Virus record (IMG/VR): IMGVR_UViG_3300032167_000057
Coordinates: 4,886-68,885 of that record
Direction: 5' to 3' (one strand)
Length of the DNA: 64,000 bases
Source: a virus
Taxonomy: Duplodnaviria > Heunggongvirae > Uroviricota > Caudoviricetes
The translations under genes were made by a program, and so were the position numbers. The notes beneath the pieces are model-generated. The model saw only the letters and a program-made list of their open reading frames with translations. It was not told the DNA's origin and ran no database searches. This document shows, in pieces, positions 1-9,227 of this stretch. Position 1 is the first letter of the stretch. Each line of letters starts with the position of its first letter.

Positions 1-6
1 AGTTAT

Positions 7-321
7 CTATTTTCTCGGTAATAAATGAAGCGTAAATGCGGCTGGTGCTTTGTAGTCAATAACATCTCCACTGTGAACAACTAATGGGATTAAGTCATGT
101 ATCCAGAAACTATTTTCACCAGTCTGTATTTTTTTAACTGAGTAACCGTTAATATTTACATAAAAAGATGTATTTGCCGACAAACTGGCATAAACTTTTA
201 ACATTCCAACAGTATTATCTGGCACAGTGTACGTTCCAGTTATTCCACCAGAAGCAATATTTTTTATTTCAATAAAGTTTTCAGTATCAAACATCATTAG
301 ATTCTGTAAACTTCTGTTCAT
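7..321 (-). CDS. hypothetical protein; the ORF stays open to the left edge of the window (5' part lies in this window)
   Basis: Minus-strand ORF that starts at 321 and has no stop before the window edge. No recognisable motif. Confidence 0.3.
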   Translation of the reverse strand: MNRSLQNLMMFDTENFIEIKNIASGGITGTYTVPDNTVGMLKVYASLSANTSFYVNINGYSVKKIQTGENSFWIHDLIPLVVHSGDVIDYKAPAAFTLHLLPRK

Positions 322-395
322 ATAAGTATGATGTTTTTGATGATAAAAGGTATATGTAAACTGCTAAATAATAAGTAAACATAAAGGAGAGCTTT

Positions 396-863
396 ATGAA
401 AAACAAATTAGAATTATTATTATTATTTTTAATAGGCTCTTCTGCCTATACATTTATAGAAATATTTTATAGAGGTTATTCCTTCCGTCTAATGGCCTTG
501 GCGGGAGGAATAATTTTTGTATGCGGCGGTCTACTTAATGACCGTTTTTCATGGAAGATGGATTTAACCCTACAGTGTTTTTTGATTAGTTTAATGACCA
601 CATGTATTGAAATGGTATTCGGTACATTGGATTATTACTACTTACATCTAAACATGTGGGACTATTCCACTCTTCCATTTAATTATTTTAATGGCAAGAT
701 ATGTCTACCGTTCTCAATTATTTGGTTCTTCTTTGGGTTTATAGTTGTATTTTGCCACGACGCTATATGTTATTACTGGTTACATAAAGGTTCACAACCA
801 CGATATTACATATGGGGTAATTTAATATGGAAAATGCCAAAACGTAAATGCACTGTTCTTTAG
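396..863 (+). CDS. small multi-pass membrane protein (holin-like candidate)
   Basis: 155 aa with about 4 hydrophobic segments, immediately upstream of the lysis genes on the same strand. Confidence 0.4.
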   Translation: MKNKLELLLLFLIGSSAYTFIEIFYRGYSFRLMALAGGIIFVCGGLLNDRFSWKMDLTLQCFLISLMTTCIEMVFGTLDYYYLHLNMWDYSTLPFNYFNGKICLPFSIIWFFFGFIVVFCHDAICYYWLHKGSQPRYYIWGNLIWKMPKRKCTVL

Positions 864-1336
864 GAGGTGAACTTATGTCTTGGATAAAGAAAATTTGGAA
901 CAAAATAAAGAATTGGTTTTGTCGTAAACAAGTTGCTTACGGTTCTACTCATTTTATCAGACCTGATGCTACGATTATTAATATTGATGATAAGACAGAT
1001 GTGTTGGACGTTGATTTAGTTGATGATAATCTTTCTGAAAAAGATAGAAAGAAAGTTAAGCAATATACAAAAAAATGGGTGGATATTATTCTTACTGTTT
1101 CATTGATTGATGTGCAATTTTGTTTTGTACTAGCTTTTCTTGGTAAAGACCAAATTGCTGAAACACTTGGTATTGCTATAATTACTGAGATTGTAGCTAT
1201 AGGTCTAGGCTATATGCTAAAGGCATTTTTTGAGACAAATGCCCAAAAGAAAAATGAAATAGAAATGGAACGTATTAAACGCACATATGCAGTAACAAAA
1301 CCAATTGTAGAATCGGATGAAGAATCCGTAGGATAA
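848..1336 (+). CDS. membrane protein
   Basis: 162 aa with central hydrophobic helices. Overlaps the previous ORF's end by a few nucleotides, which suggests translational coupling. Confidence 0.4.
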   Translation: MHCSLGGELMSWIKKIWNKIKNWFCRKQVAYGSTHFIRPDATIINIDDKTDVLDVDLVDDNLSEKDRKKVKQYTKKWVDIILTVSLIDVQFCFVLAFLGKDQIAETLGIAIITEIVAIGLGYMLKAFFETNAQKKNEIEMERIKRTYAVTKPIVESDEESVG

Positions 1337-1350
1337 AAAGGAGAAAAATT

Positions 1351-1680
1351 ATGAAAGAATTAATTAAAAAATACAAATCTGAATTACTTATCGCCCTTGG
1401 TGCTATCTCTAGTATTTTAGCGACACTTGCTACCAAAGAAGGTACAGATGCTGCTATTTTATCTGCCCTCATTGCTGTATTTGCAGTAATTATTGAGTTG
1501 GTGAAAAATGGTGTTTCAAAAGAAGCTGTAAACTTATTTACCAACTTTATCGTTATTTTGTTAGAAGAACTCGGTGGTGTGACTGTAGTAGATGATAAAG
1601 AAAAAGTGGCTTCTACTGCTGTGAGAGGTAAAGCAAAATCTATTTCTGTGGATGAAATTAAGGAAAGACTTTTAAAATAA
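1351..1680 (+). CDS. putative holin
   Basis: 109 aa with two hydrophobic helices and a charged C-terminus. Sits directly upstream of the peptidase and endolysin and is preceded by an RBS (aaaggaga). Confidence 0.4.
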   Translation: MKELIKKYKSELLIALGAISSILATLATKEGTDAAILSALIAVFAVIIELVKNGVSKEAVNLFTNFIVILLEELGGVTVVDDKEKVASTAVRGKAKSISVDEIKERLLK

Positions 1681-1691
1681 GAGGTGTCTTT

Positions 1692-2504
1692 ATGATTGAT
1701 TATAAAGAGAAATATGGTCAGCACTTAAAACTTTTGCAGTCTCCATATGACTCAAGAGATTATCGCTTTGGTGATGCAGTTCCTATGAGGGCATATGAAA
1801 TTCCAAAAGAATATTTTACACCAGATGCAGGATTTACATATGACCAAGAAAATAGTTCTCAGTGCTGCGCTTCGGCCTATAATTATATTAGATTTTTACA
1901 AGAAAAAGATAAAGAACAGTCTGAAATTACTGTTCCATTTTGTCCATCATTTACATATGCGAATCGTATTGATGGCGAAGATTTTGAAGGTATGTATTTA
2001 CGTTCATGTTGTAAAAAGGGGCGTGAAGGTTCTGTTGTTTGGGGAGAAATGAAATATCCTAACACTTATTTCGGTTCAAAGAATGAATTTTTATCTCGTA
2101 AAAAAGAATTACTTGAAAAAGCAGAACCATTTAAAATCAGTAGTTTTTATACTTGTAGAAATCGTAAAGAAATTCAAGTTGCGATTATGGAAACTAAGGC
2201 GGTTTTAATTGGTGTTCCTGTTTATGAATGTTTCTATACACCTGATGAAAACGGTATTATCCATTATGTAAAAGGTCAAGAAAATCAAGGTGGACACGCA
2301 ATCGTAATTGATGGCTGGTGTGAAATTGATGGTAAATTCTATTGGCGCATTAAGAACAGCTGGAATGCAAATTGGGGCAATCTTGGTGATGGTCATGCTT
2401 ATCTTCCATCTGAATACCCATTTATGGATGATGTGTATGTAATTTGCGATTATGTAATGGATATGAAATTTAAAGAATATAAAGAAAAATATTATGGAGA
2501 GTAG
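1692..2504 (+). CDS. papain-like (C1 family) cysteine peptidase
   Basis: Has an SQCCASAYNY motif (resembles the Q-x-C-G-S-C-W-A active-site Cys of papain), a GGHAIVIDGW His motif and an NSWNANWGNLGDGHAYLP (N-S-W) motif typical of papain-fold peptidases. Confidence 0.6.
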   Translation: MIDYKEKYGQHLKLLQSPYDSRDYRFGDAVPMRAYEIPKEYFTPDAGFTYDQENSSQCCASAYNYIRFLQEKDKEQSEITVPFCPSFTYANRIDGEDFEGMYLRSCCKKGREGSVVWGEMKYPNTYFGSKNEFLSRKKELLEKAEPFKISSFYTCRNRKEIQVAIMETKAVLIGVPVYECFYTPDENGIIHYVKGQENQGGHAIVIDGWCEIDGKFYWRIKNSWNANWGNLGDGHAYLPSEYPFMDDVYVICDYVMDMKFKEYKEKYYGE

Positions 2505-2548
2505 GTTAACCCCTACTCTCTTCTATTATTAAAAAAGGAGGAACAATT

Positions 2549-3997
2549 ATGTCAAAGATAGAAAAAGCGGTACAATTTATGGAGCAAATTGCTGCTGATA
2601 ATAGCCACGGCTATGCTCAAGATAATAGAAATGGCTCTCCTGATTATGATTGCTCTTCTCTTGTAGGTACAGCCTTGTCAAAAGCTGGATTTAAAGTAAA
2701 TCCTTTAAGCACAACAAGGACTTTATATAAACAGTTGATTGATTGTGGTTTTAAAGAAATTGGAGTTAATGAGGCTCGGAAGCGTGGGGATATTTTCTTA
2801 ACAGCAGGAAAACATGTAGTAATGTGTACGGATGCAAATAACATTGTACATGCTAGTTTGAATGAAAAAGGAACTATTAAGAACGGGCAAGTTGGTGACC
2901 AGACGGGAAAAGAGATTTGTTGCCGAAGTTTTTATACTCCAAGTTATAAATGGACTTACCATTTGAGATATGTAGAAAACACTCCTACCCCATCCACTAT
3001 TAAGGGCGTTGATGTTTCTGGTTATAATAAAATAACTGACTATCAAGCAGTTAAAAATGATGGTGTACAGTTTGCAATTCTAAAAATCATTCGTAAGGAT
3101 TTGAATTTAGATAAACTGTTTGAAACTCACTTGAAAGGTTTTAACAAAGTAAATTTACCTATCATTGGGGTTTATAATTATTCATACGCCACATCAGTTG
3201 CTAAATCACGGTCTGATGCTTCTATTGTGGTTAAATACTTAAAACAGTTTAATATGCCAAAATCTACAGTGATTTATATGGACGTTGAAGATAATTGTCA
3301 GAAAGGGTTGGGTCAGTTACTTATTGATATGATTAATGCTTATCAAGAAGTAATTGAAAAGGCTGGTTATAAATTCGGACTTTACACAGGGTTATCTTTC
3401 TGGAATTCGTATATTAAACCATATAAATCCAGTTTAAAGTGTAATGTAGAGTGGATTGCTAGATATAAAAAGGGATATTCACCTATGCAATTTGCAGAAA
3501 ATCCAGAAGAAAGCAGTAAACCGAATATTGGCACTCCAATTGAAGGGTATCAATACACAAGTTCAGGTCAAGTTTCTGGTATTCAAGGCTCTGTAGACTT
3601 AAATATTCTTTATAACACTTCCACTTTATCTTCCTCTCCAGTAATCAAAAATATTGTACGAGTGGATACAACTCTTAATGTTCGTAATAAACCTAATGGA
3701 GATATAAAGGGGAAACTCTACAATGGTGATGAAGTAGACATTTCAAATTATCAAGACGGATTTTACAGGATTGGTATAAACCAATGGGTATCTGCTACTT
3801 ATATTCAGTCAACACGAGGTATTGTGAATGCAAATATATTAAATATACGTAAAGGCGCAGGAACTAATTATGCAGATATAGGGAACATACCGAGGAATAC
3901 TATTATTCCTCTGTTAAAGGAGAAAAAAGGATGGTATTACACGGTATATGATTCAATAGGCGGTTGGGTGTCTGCTGAATATATACACGGACTATAA
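2549..3997 (+). CDS. multidomain endolysin: NlpC/P60 peptidase + GH25 muramidase + SH3 cell-wall-binding repeats
   Basis: The N-terminus reads GYAQDNRNGSPDYDCSSLV...GDIFL...HVVMC...IVHA (NlpC/P60 Cys-His-His). The middle reads GVDVSGYNKITDYQAVKNDGVQFAILKI (GH25 lysozyme signature). The C-terminus carries two SH3-like repeats (NVRNKPNGDIKGKLYNGDEV / NIRKGAGTNYADIGNIPRNT). Confidence 0.85.
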   Translation: MSKIEKAVQFMEQIAADNSHGYAQDNRNGSPDYDCSSLVGTALSKAGFKVNPLSTTRTLYKQLIDCGFKEIGVNEARKRGDIFLTAGKHVVMCTDANNIVHASLNEKGTIKNGQVGDQTGKEICCRSFYTPSYKWTYHLRYVENTPTPSTIKGVDVSGYNKITDYQAVKNDGVQFAILKIIRKDLNLDKLFETHLKGFNKVNLPIIGVYNYSYATSVAKSRSDASIVVKYLKQFNMPKSTVIYMDVEDNCQKGLGQLLIDMINAYQEVIEKAGYKFGLYTGLSFWNSYIKPYKSSLKCNVEWIARYKKGYSPMQFAENPEESSKPNIGTPIEGYQYTSSGQVSGIQGSVDLNILYNTSTLSSSPVIKNIVRVDTTLNVRNKPNGDIKGKLYNGDEVDISNYQDGFYRIGINQWVSATYIQSTRGIVNANILNIRKGAGTNYADIGNIPRNTIIPLLKEKKGWYYTVYDSIGGWVSAEYIHGL

Positions 3998-4032
3998 AGA
4001 AAGGCATAAGATATGAAATGGTAAATTATTAA

Positions 4033-4575
4033 ATGAACACAATGAATTTTATTAATACAGTTAAAGAATTTTTAGCTCAAGATTTTGGCAATATTATCTT
4101 GAGTATTTTTATTTTAATGGCTTTTTGTATTGCTGTGTATGAAATTATTGGTAAATTTTCTAAAATTATTAAAAAACCAGTGAAGTGGGTAAGTAAGAAA
4201 GATGAAGACCATGAGTTATTAATGCAGACAATCCAAGATTTAACTGCTTTACATAATAAACACGAAGAAGATACAAAACAATCAATTCGTCACGATGAAA
4301 TGATTCGTGACGATATTAAAGAATTAACATCCACTATACGTGAAGTGGTAGTACGTTTAAGTGACATGGAAGCTAAAATAGATGCCACCGAGATGGCCAA
4401 ATTAAAAGATAAAATCTTAGGTTATTATCGTAAATATAAAGACCTTGGAGAATGGGAACGTTTTGAAGCAGATACATTTTGGGGATTATATGATAGATAT
4501 ATTACACATGGGGGTAACTCGTTTGTAAAGCATGATATTGAACCCGTAATGCGTAATCTACAAATAAAAGACTAA
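4033..4575 (+). CDS. membrane-anchored coiled-coil protein
   Basis: 180 aa with an N-terminal transmembrane helix followed by a charged coiled-coil region. Confidence 0.4.
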   Translation: MNTMNFINTVKEFLAQDFGNIILSIFILMAFCIAVYEIIGKFSKIIKKPVKWVSKKDEDHELLMQTIQDLTALHNKHEEDTKQSIRHDEMIRDDIKELTSTIREVVVRLSDMEAKIDATEMAKLKDKILGYYRKYKDLGEWERFEADTFWGLYDRYITHGGNSFVKHDIEPVMRNLQIKD

Positions 4576-4576
4576 A

Positions 4577-4771
4577 ATGACTGATATAGAAATTAAAGAG
4601 TATATTCAAACACATCAAGGTGCGGTAAAAGCGCAAGATTATATTATGGAAATCAGAAATACAAGCCCACAAATCATTGAATCATTTTATGATTTGAACT
4701 CTGGAAAGGTAACATTATATACGCCTGATAATACTTTCATGTTCCAATTAATATTAAATAAAATTATGTAA
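4577..4771 (+). CDS. small hypothetical protein
   Basis: 64 aa ORF, co-oriented with the lysis cassette and abutting the previous gene. Confidence 0.3.
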   Translation: MTDIEIKEYIQTHQGAVKAQDYIMEIRNTSPQIIESFYDLNSGKVTLYTPDNTFMFQLILNKIM

Positions 4772-4774
4772 TTA

Positions 4775-4803
4775 GGGAGACTATATGTCTCCCTATTTTT
4801 TTA
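4775..4803. terminator. bidirectional rho-independent terminator
   Basis: GGGAGACTATATGTCTCCC hairpin followed by TATTTTTTT. It lies between the converging plus-strand lysis operon and the minus-strand Ku gene. Confidence 0.6.
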
Positions 4804-4813
4804 CGCAAACGGA

Positions 4814-5521
4814 TTATTGTTTTATCTTTTTTTGAATTAAATTACGCAATTTGGTTTGATATTTATCATAATGAGTTGACCAATCAAATTCATGTGTATA
4901 AGTGGAAATCAGGGTTTGTAAAGTTGCTAACTCATGTCTATGATGTTTGTGTGACGCAATCAATGGGAGTTCGTTGATTTCATTTTCGTAAAATAGAATT
5001 GTTGCTACAATACATCTTTTATTTGGAAATAAAGCAATTAATCTCTGTTGATTACCTAAAACCATTTCAGCTATGGCTATCACTTTATTCGCAATTAATG
5101 CCTTTCTAAATAAATCATATCTTTCTTCAGATTGCATATCAGGTACTAAATAATAAGATTTATAAATTAATAAATCTCCTATTTCTTTAGATTTGCAAAA
5201 ATAACTTACAGTTAATTGTTTATCCTGTTCGGTAGTAATTGAATCAATTTCAGTTTGTTCCAATACAACATATTTATCTTTCGCATATTGATAACCTTTT
5301 ACAATATCTTCGTTTGTAATTTCTTTCTTACATGAAGGACAATATTTATGGTATCTCACTCTTTCCTTAGAATCTTTACATAATTGATTTAATTCAATAC
5401 TATTATCACAGTTAACTTTCATCATTTTTACTGGGATTTGTAAAGTTTGAAACCGTATAGTGGTTATATAAGAAGCGTTCATTTCATTATCTCCTTTGCA
5501 CGATTTGCATTTAGTATGCAT
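4814..5521 (-). CDS. Ku-like DNA end-binding protein (bacterial Ku/YkoV family, short form)
   Basis: SIELNQLCKDSKERVRYHKYCPSCKKEITNEDIVKGYQYAKDKYVVLEQTEID matches the bacterial Ku core (IRFHQ...R.RY.RVC..CG.EV...DI.KGYE...yV.ltd.ei). The N-terminal IRFQTLQIPVKMMKV resembles the Ku FGLVNIPVKLY beta-strand. Confidence 0.55.
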   Translation of the reverse strand: MHTKCKSCKGDNEMNASYITTIRFQTLQIPVKMMKVNCDNSIELNQLCKDSKERVRYHKYCPSCKKEITNEDIVKGYQYAKDKYVVLEQTEIDSITTEQDKQLTVSYFCKSKEIGDLLIYKSYYLVPDMQSEERYDLFRKALIANKVIAIAEMVLGNQQRLIALFPNKRCIVATILFYENEINELPLIASHKHHRHELATLQTLISTYTHEFDWSTHYDKYQTKLRNLIQKKIKQ

Positions 5522-6251
5522 ATAAATCGAGTCGAATATGCAGAAGTTTACAAAACATTACTTCTTTAAATTCAACAGAACAAAAAATCGGTACATTCTT
5601 AGGAAAACCATTATATGAAATAGTTTTGACTGGTACTTCCACAGGAAGTGGGTCAAATGAAGAACACAATGATGTATCGGCGTTAAATATTGAAAATGTA
5701 ATATCAATTGCGGGAACAATTATAAAAACGGCAGCAAGTGGTACGGTAGCAAATCCACTTCCAAGTTATTTTGATGAGGAGAATCTTTGTGTTCCGTATA
5801 TTTCATTTGCAAGATACAAACTTATGATGAAATCTAAAATGTCTGGTGAATTTATTGTTGTTTTAAGATATACAAAAACAACAGACTGATAAACTGTCGA
5901 AATTAAACAATAATTATTTATCGGTAATAAATTGCAATAAATGTTCTATAACCAGTATCATCACCTTTAGTTGTTTGTCTTGCTTCTACCAGACCAGTAT
6001 CGAAGTGTATTTTTGCTTGTGATTCAGCAAAATATCTCGAGTCATTTTGTGTACTCATAGTAAAAATTGAAGCGCTAGCAGAAGTTCCATTATTAAATAA
6101 TAAATGATGATAATTACTCATATTTACATATGCTTCTTTACAATTAATTAATTCAGGGTAAGTTCCTATGCTAACCCAATTTGTACTAACTGTTGTAAAT
6201 TTGTAGTTAATATCAATCGTTTTCCACTCTGAAAGTGCCGTTAAACTTCTG

Positions 6252-6297
6252 CTTAGTAATAAAAATAACGCCTACAATTACATAATCATAGGCGTTA
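6252..6297 (-). terminator. rho-independent terminator for minus-strand gene 6316-7023
   Basis: Inverted repeat TAACGCCTA...TAGGCGTTA. On the minus strand it is followed by TTTTTATT. Confidence 0.5.
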
Positions 6298-6315
6298 AAA
6301 GTATGCTTTTATCCA

Positions 6316-7023
6316 TTAAAAATCGAGGACGATATAATTTACCTTTTTAGGATTTACGACGATTTCATGCTCATTACGCGCGTTTAAATAGCATAATATA
6401 GCATCTTTTTGTACTTTACCCTTTAATATAATTGGTGTGCCCATTTGATATCTTTCAGCAAACCATTTGGCTGTATTATAGTTTGTTGTCCAAGAGAAAC
6501 CATTTTTATATTTAGGGTCACGAACTCCTCTATAAATAGTTACTTCTTCATCCAAGTTTTCTAAGAACCGTAATTCGTCTTCGTCCATTAAATATTCTTT
6601 TTTGGCTTTTTTAAACCATCCTAATAATTCACGACGAGTAACATTTGTTTCATCACAAATCACTTCCATTTGTACATATAGCTCTGACAGCAATTCACCA
6701 AAATCTTTTTCAGATAAATAGTCATGAATATATTTAAAGAAAGTAAGTTTATATGGAGTTGTAATGAACATGGCGAGACTGAATACATCAGGTCTACTTT
6801 TGATTACTTGCTCCATTTCTTTTTTATATTCATAAAAAGAATTTTCATCTTCAAACAGATTAAACATTTGTCCATTATTTGCGCTAAATAAGGCAGAAGT
6901 TGTAAAGAATGGATGTGACACAAATAAATCACCAAATGAACCAACTGGTACTGGGTCTACGTGCAACATACCAATTGCTATGTGTTGTATTTCTTTCATT
7001 TTAGTTTCTTTGATGCGAGCCAT
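6316..7023 (-). CDS. hypothetical protein; possible ADP-ribosyltransferase-like fold (weak)
   Basis: 235 aa. The C-terminal half has IYRGVRDPKY (Arg), FSWTTNYN (S-x-T-T) and ARNEHEIVV (E-x-E) in an order reminiscent of the R-S-E ART triad. This was read by eye and not verified. Confidence 0.45.
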   Translation of the reverse strand: MARIKETKMKEIQHIAIGMLHVDPVPVGSFGDLFVSHPFFTTSALFSANNGQMFNLFEDENSFYEYKKEMEQVIKSRPDVFSLAMFITTPYKLTFFKYIHDYLSEKDFGELLSELYVQMEVICDETNVTRRELLGWFKKAKKEYLMDEDELRFLENLDEEVTIYRGVRDPKYKNGFSWTTNYNTAKWFAERYQMGTPIILKGKVQKDAILCYLNARNEHEIVVNPKKVNYIVLDF

Positions 7024-7025
7024 TA

Positions 7026-7178
7026 TTTACCCTCCACTTTTGTCACATCTATATCCATTACATCACCTGTTGTGATATTTGAGGCAAACCATTTACGGGC
7101 CACATCTAACAGTTGTCCATCTTCCAGTTCACAAGTCACTATATTCTCTTCTATTCTAATTATTGTGAGTTTCATACT
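7026..7178 (-). CDS. small hypothetical protein (50 aa)
   Basis: Minus-strand ORF MKLTIIRIEENIVTCELEDGQLLDVARKWFASNITTGDVMDIDVTKVEGK, tightly coupled between the integrase and the 6316-7023 gene. Confidence 0.3.
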
Positions 7179-8574
7179 ATTCCTCGCTTTTGTAATATTC
7201 ATTATATATGTCTATATTGTTAATTATAATATCATTAATTGCAAGAGTTTTATTTATAGGAAGCTTAACAAGTTTTCCATTTTCAATATAGCCAAGCATT
7301 CCTTCTTCTATCTCTATTAGTGAAATACCCATTTTGCTCAATGATTCTACTACTCCTATAGGAGTAGTATTTACTTGCTTTTGAACATTGTTAAATAATT
7401 TGATAGCAGATGCTTTTTGAGCATTAATAATATGAACATATATATTTAACGTAATTTCTATACTAGAGTGTCCTAATAACTCACTGACAGTCTTAATATC
7501 AACGCCTTTAAGTATCAAATAAGAACCAAATGTGTGTCTTAAAGAATGTAATCCACTTTTCTTTATCTTGCAATTTGCATTCTTTTGCATAAGGTTTAAA
7601 GTGCGTGTAACATTACTATGATTGCTAATTGTAACCCCATCCTCAGTGAAAACATAATAATTAGGGTCTTGGTTTTTCCATAAACCTTTAAGAATTAATA
7701 AAGCAATGTCTGATAATGGAATGCTGCGCTCGCTAGAATATGTTTTAGTACCATCTGTATCTACATAAATATGTTTGGGTTTATCACCCTTTGGATTTCT
7801 TATTTTTGCAATAACGTGCGTTATTGTAATGATGTTTAGGTCTAAATTAACATCCTTCCATTTAAGTGCAAGAGCCTCAGATATACGCAAACCAGTATAC
7901 ATGATAAATATAACCATATGAGCATTTAGTCCATATTTGTTTCTACCAGTACTATGCATTTTTTGAAACTCATCATAGAGTTTTAACATATCTGATTCTT
8001 CTAAGAATGGTACTTTACGCCTTTTGGTTTTTACGTTCTTTTCAGAAGGAATGATGATGTCTTCCATATAATTACATGGAGCATACTTATCTGTTTCATA
8101 CATATACTCGCAAATCTGATTTAATAACGATTGCGTTCTTTTAATTGTACCTCTCGAATATTCTTTTTGCTTTACACAATAATCATCTATATAATCTTGG
8201 AAAATATCTTCGCTTAATGAAGCAATTTGAGTATTACCCAGAAATGTATCTTTAATTCGATTGTCTAACATATCTGCATACGAATCAATAGTTACTTGTT
8301 TTGTATCTGAACCATCATTAGGTTTTATATCTTCTATCCAATGCTTGCAATAATGATAGAATGTTTCCTGCTTAACATTCTTAGCATCGAATTTATGCTT
8401 ATCCTTATTTACTAATTCAAACTGTTCTCTCTTTTGATTAATTTCTTTTTCTGTTTTACCATAGAATGTGTGATAATCATCTTTCCAATCATAATACTTT
8501 CTATAGTATTTATATTGAACACCATTAATTGTACGAGTACCCCAATTACCTTCTCCGTTTTTTCTTTTAGCCAT
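7177..8574 (-). CDS. int: tyrosine integrase (phage integrase family)
   Basis: Catalytic signatures LRISEALALKWKDV (box I Arg) and HSLRHTFGSYLILKGVDIKTVSELLGHSSIEITLNIYVH (box II with the H-x-x-R...Y region). It sits next to the attP-like repeats and a tRNA. Confidence 0.9.
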   Translation of the reverse strand: MAKRKNGEGNWGTRTINGVQYKYYRKYYDWKDDYHTFYGKTEKEINQKREQFELVNKDKHKFDAKNVKQETFYHYCKHWIEDIKPNDGSDTKQVTIDSYADMLDNRIKDTFLGNTQIASLSEDIFQDYIDDYCVKQKEYSRGTIKRTQSLLNQICEYMYETDKYAPCNYMEDIIIPSEKNVKTKRRKVPFLEESDMLKLYDEFQKMHSTGRNKYGLNAHMVIFIMYTGLRISEALALKWKDVNLDLNIITITHVIAKIRNPKGDKPKHIYVDTDGTKTYSSERSIPLSDIALLILKGLWKNQDPNYYVFTEDGVTISNHSNVTRTLNLMQKNANCKIKKSGLHSLRHTFGSYLILKGVDIKTVSELLGHSSIEITLNIYVHIINAQKASAIKLFNNVQKQVNTTPIGVVESLSKMGISLIEIEEGMLGYIENGKLVKLPINKTLAINDIIINNIDIYNEYYKSEE

Positions 8575-8636
8575 AAGAATCCCTCCTTATTTGTGCTTTA
8601 TATAAGGATAACATATGGCAAAAAATTACTCAACAA

Positions 8637-8889
8637 TTTTACACAGATTTTCCATAATTTTACACAGATTAGGATACCTAAGAATACCTATAAATACCTA
8701 AAAATACATAATTGAGAAAAATATAAAAAGCCCCGAAAACGCCGAAAACACGGCACTTTCGAGACTTTTTGATAAGATATTAAAAAATTGTCTTACGCAT
8801 TGGTAGTGCTATTGTTATATTTTTGAAACGCCTATAAACACTGGCTTTGAAGCCTCTTTCAAAAAATTTACACAGATTTTTACACAGAC
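8637..8889 (+). repeat. attP-like region: four direct repeats of TTTACACAGA(T/C) and three ATACCTA repeats at 10-bp spacing
   Basis: TTTACACAGATT occurs at 8637, 8658 and 8867; TTTACACAGAC occurs at 8879. (A/G)(A/G)ATACCTA occurs at 8674, 8684 and 8694, i.e. with helical phasing. The region lies between int and tRNA-Thr, and xis is on the far side. Confidence 0.6.
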
Positions 8890-8903
8890 TAGAAACTTAA
8901 TAT

Positions 8904-8976
8904 GCTGATGTGGCACAGTCGGTAGCGCACTTCATTGGTAGTGAAGAGGTCACGGGTTCGATTCCCGTCATCAGCT
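8904..8976 (+). tRNA. tRNA-Thr (anticodon GGU)
   Basis: Acceptor stem GCTGATG/CATCAGC, T-arm ACGGGTTCGATTCCCGT, anticodon stem CTTCA/TGAAG with loop TTGGTAG. 73 nt including discriminator T. Confidence 0.8.
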
Positions 8977-8982
8977 TTAAAA

Positions 8983-9012
8983 ATAGGGAAGATATGCAAT
9001 CTTCCCTAAATT
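8983..9012. terminator. bidirectional hairpin terminator
   Basis: AGGGAAGAT-ATGCA-ATCTTCCCT hairpin flanked by T/A-rich tracts. It sits after the tRNA on the plus strand and after xis on the minus strand. Confidence 0.5.
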
Positions 9013-9227
9013 ATTATCTTCGTATTCATTTTAGCATTTTTACTTATCCAATCTATTAAATCATCTTCTGGGATATAATAATCTCTTCCAATCTTAAATT
9101 GAGGAAACCCCTTCGTATTTAATAATTTATATAGTGTTTTATCAGAAGCAATACCTAAATATTCTTTTACTTCCTTACTCTTTAATATGCGTTGTATATC
9201 TATCACACTCCTATTTATAAAACACAT
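9006..9227 (-). CDS. xis: excisionase / HTH DNA-binding protein
   Basis: 73 aa. KEVKEYLGIASDKTLYKLLNTKGFPQFKIGRDYYIPEDDLIDWI is the Xis/MerR-type HTH_17 fold. It is adjacent to attP and int. Confidence 0.6.
   Translation of the reverse strand: MCFINRSVIDIQRILKSKEVKEYLGIASDKTLYKLLNTKGFPQFKIGRDYYIPEDDLIDWISKNAKMNTKIII

Noticed and set aside
1275-1724. 149-aa minus-strand ORF overlapping the plus-strand membrane and holin genes
   Set aside because: It is antisense to two well-packed plus-strand genes, has Ser/Thr-rich low-complexity composition, and is the only minus-strand ORF in the plus-strand lysis block. Likely spurious.
5626-5889. 87-aa plus-strand ORF in the gap after Ku
   Set aside because: Gly/Ser/Thr-rich start, no RBS, and it lies in a region that looks like decayed sequence. 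The minus-strand 5918-6121 ORF is equally doubtful, so I left the region unannotated.
8731-8775. GC-rich patch CCCCGAAAACGCCGAAAACACGGCACTTTCG in attP region as a terminator
   Set aside because: It forms only a weak 4-bp GCCG/CGGC stem with no flanking T-tract. It is more likely part of the att core or arm region than a terminator.
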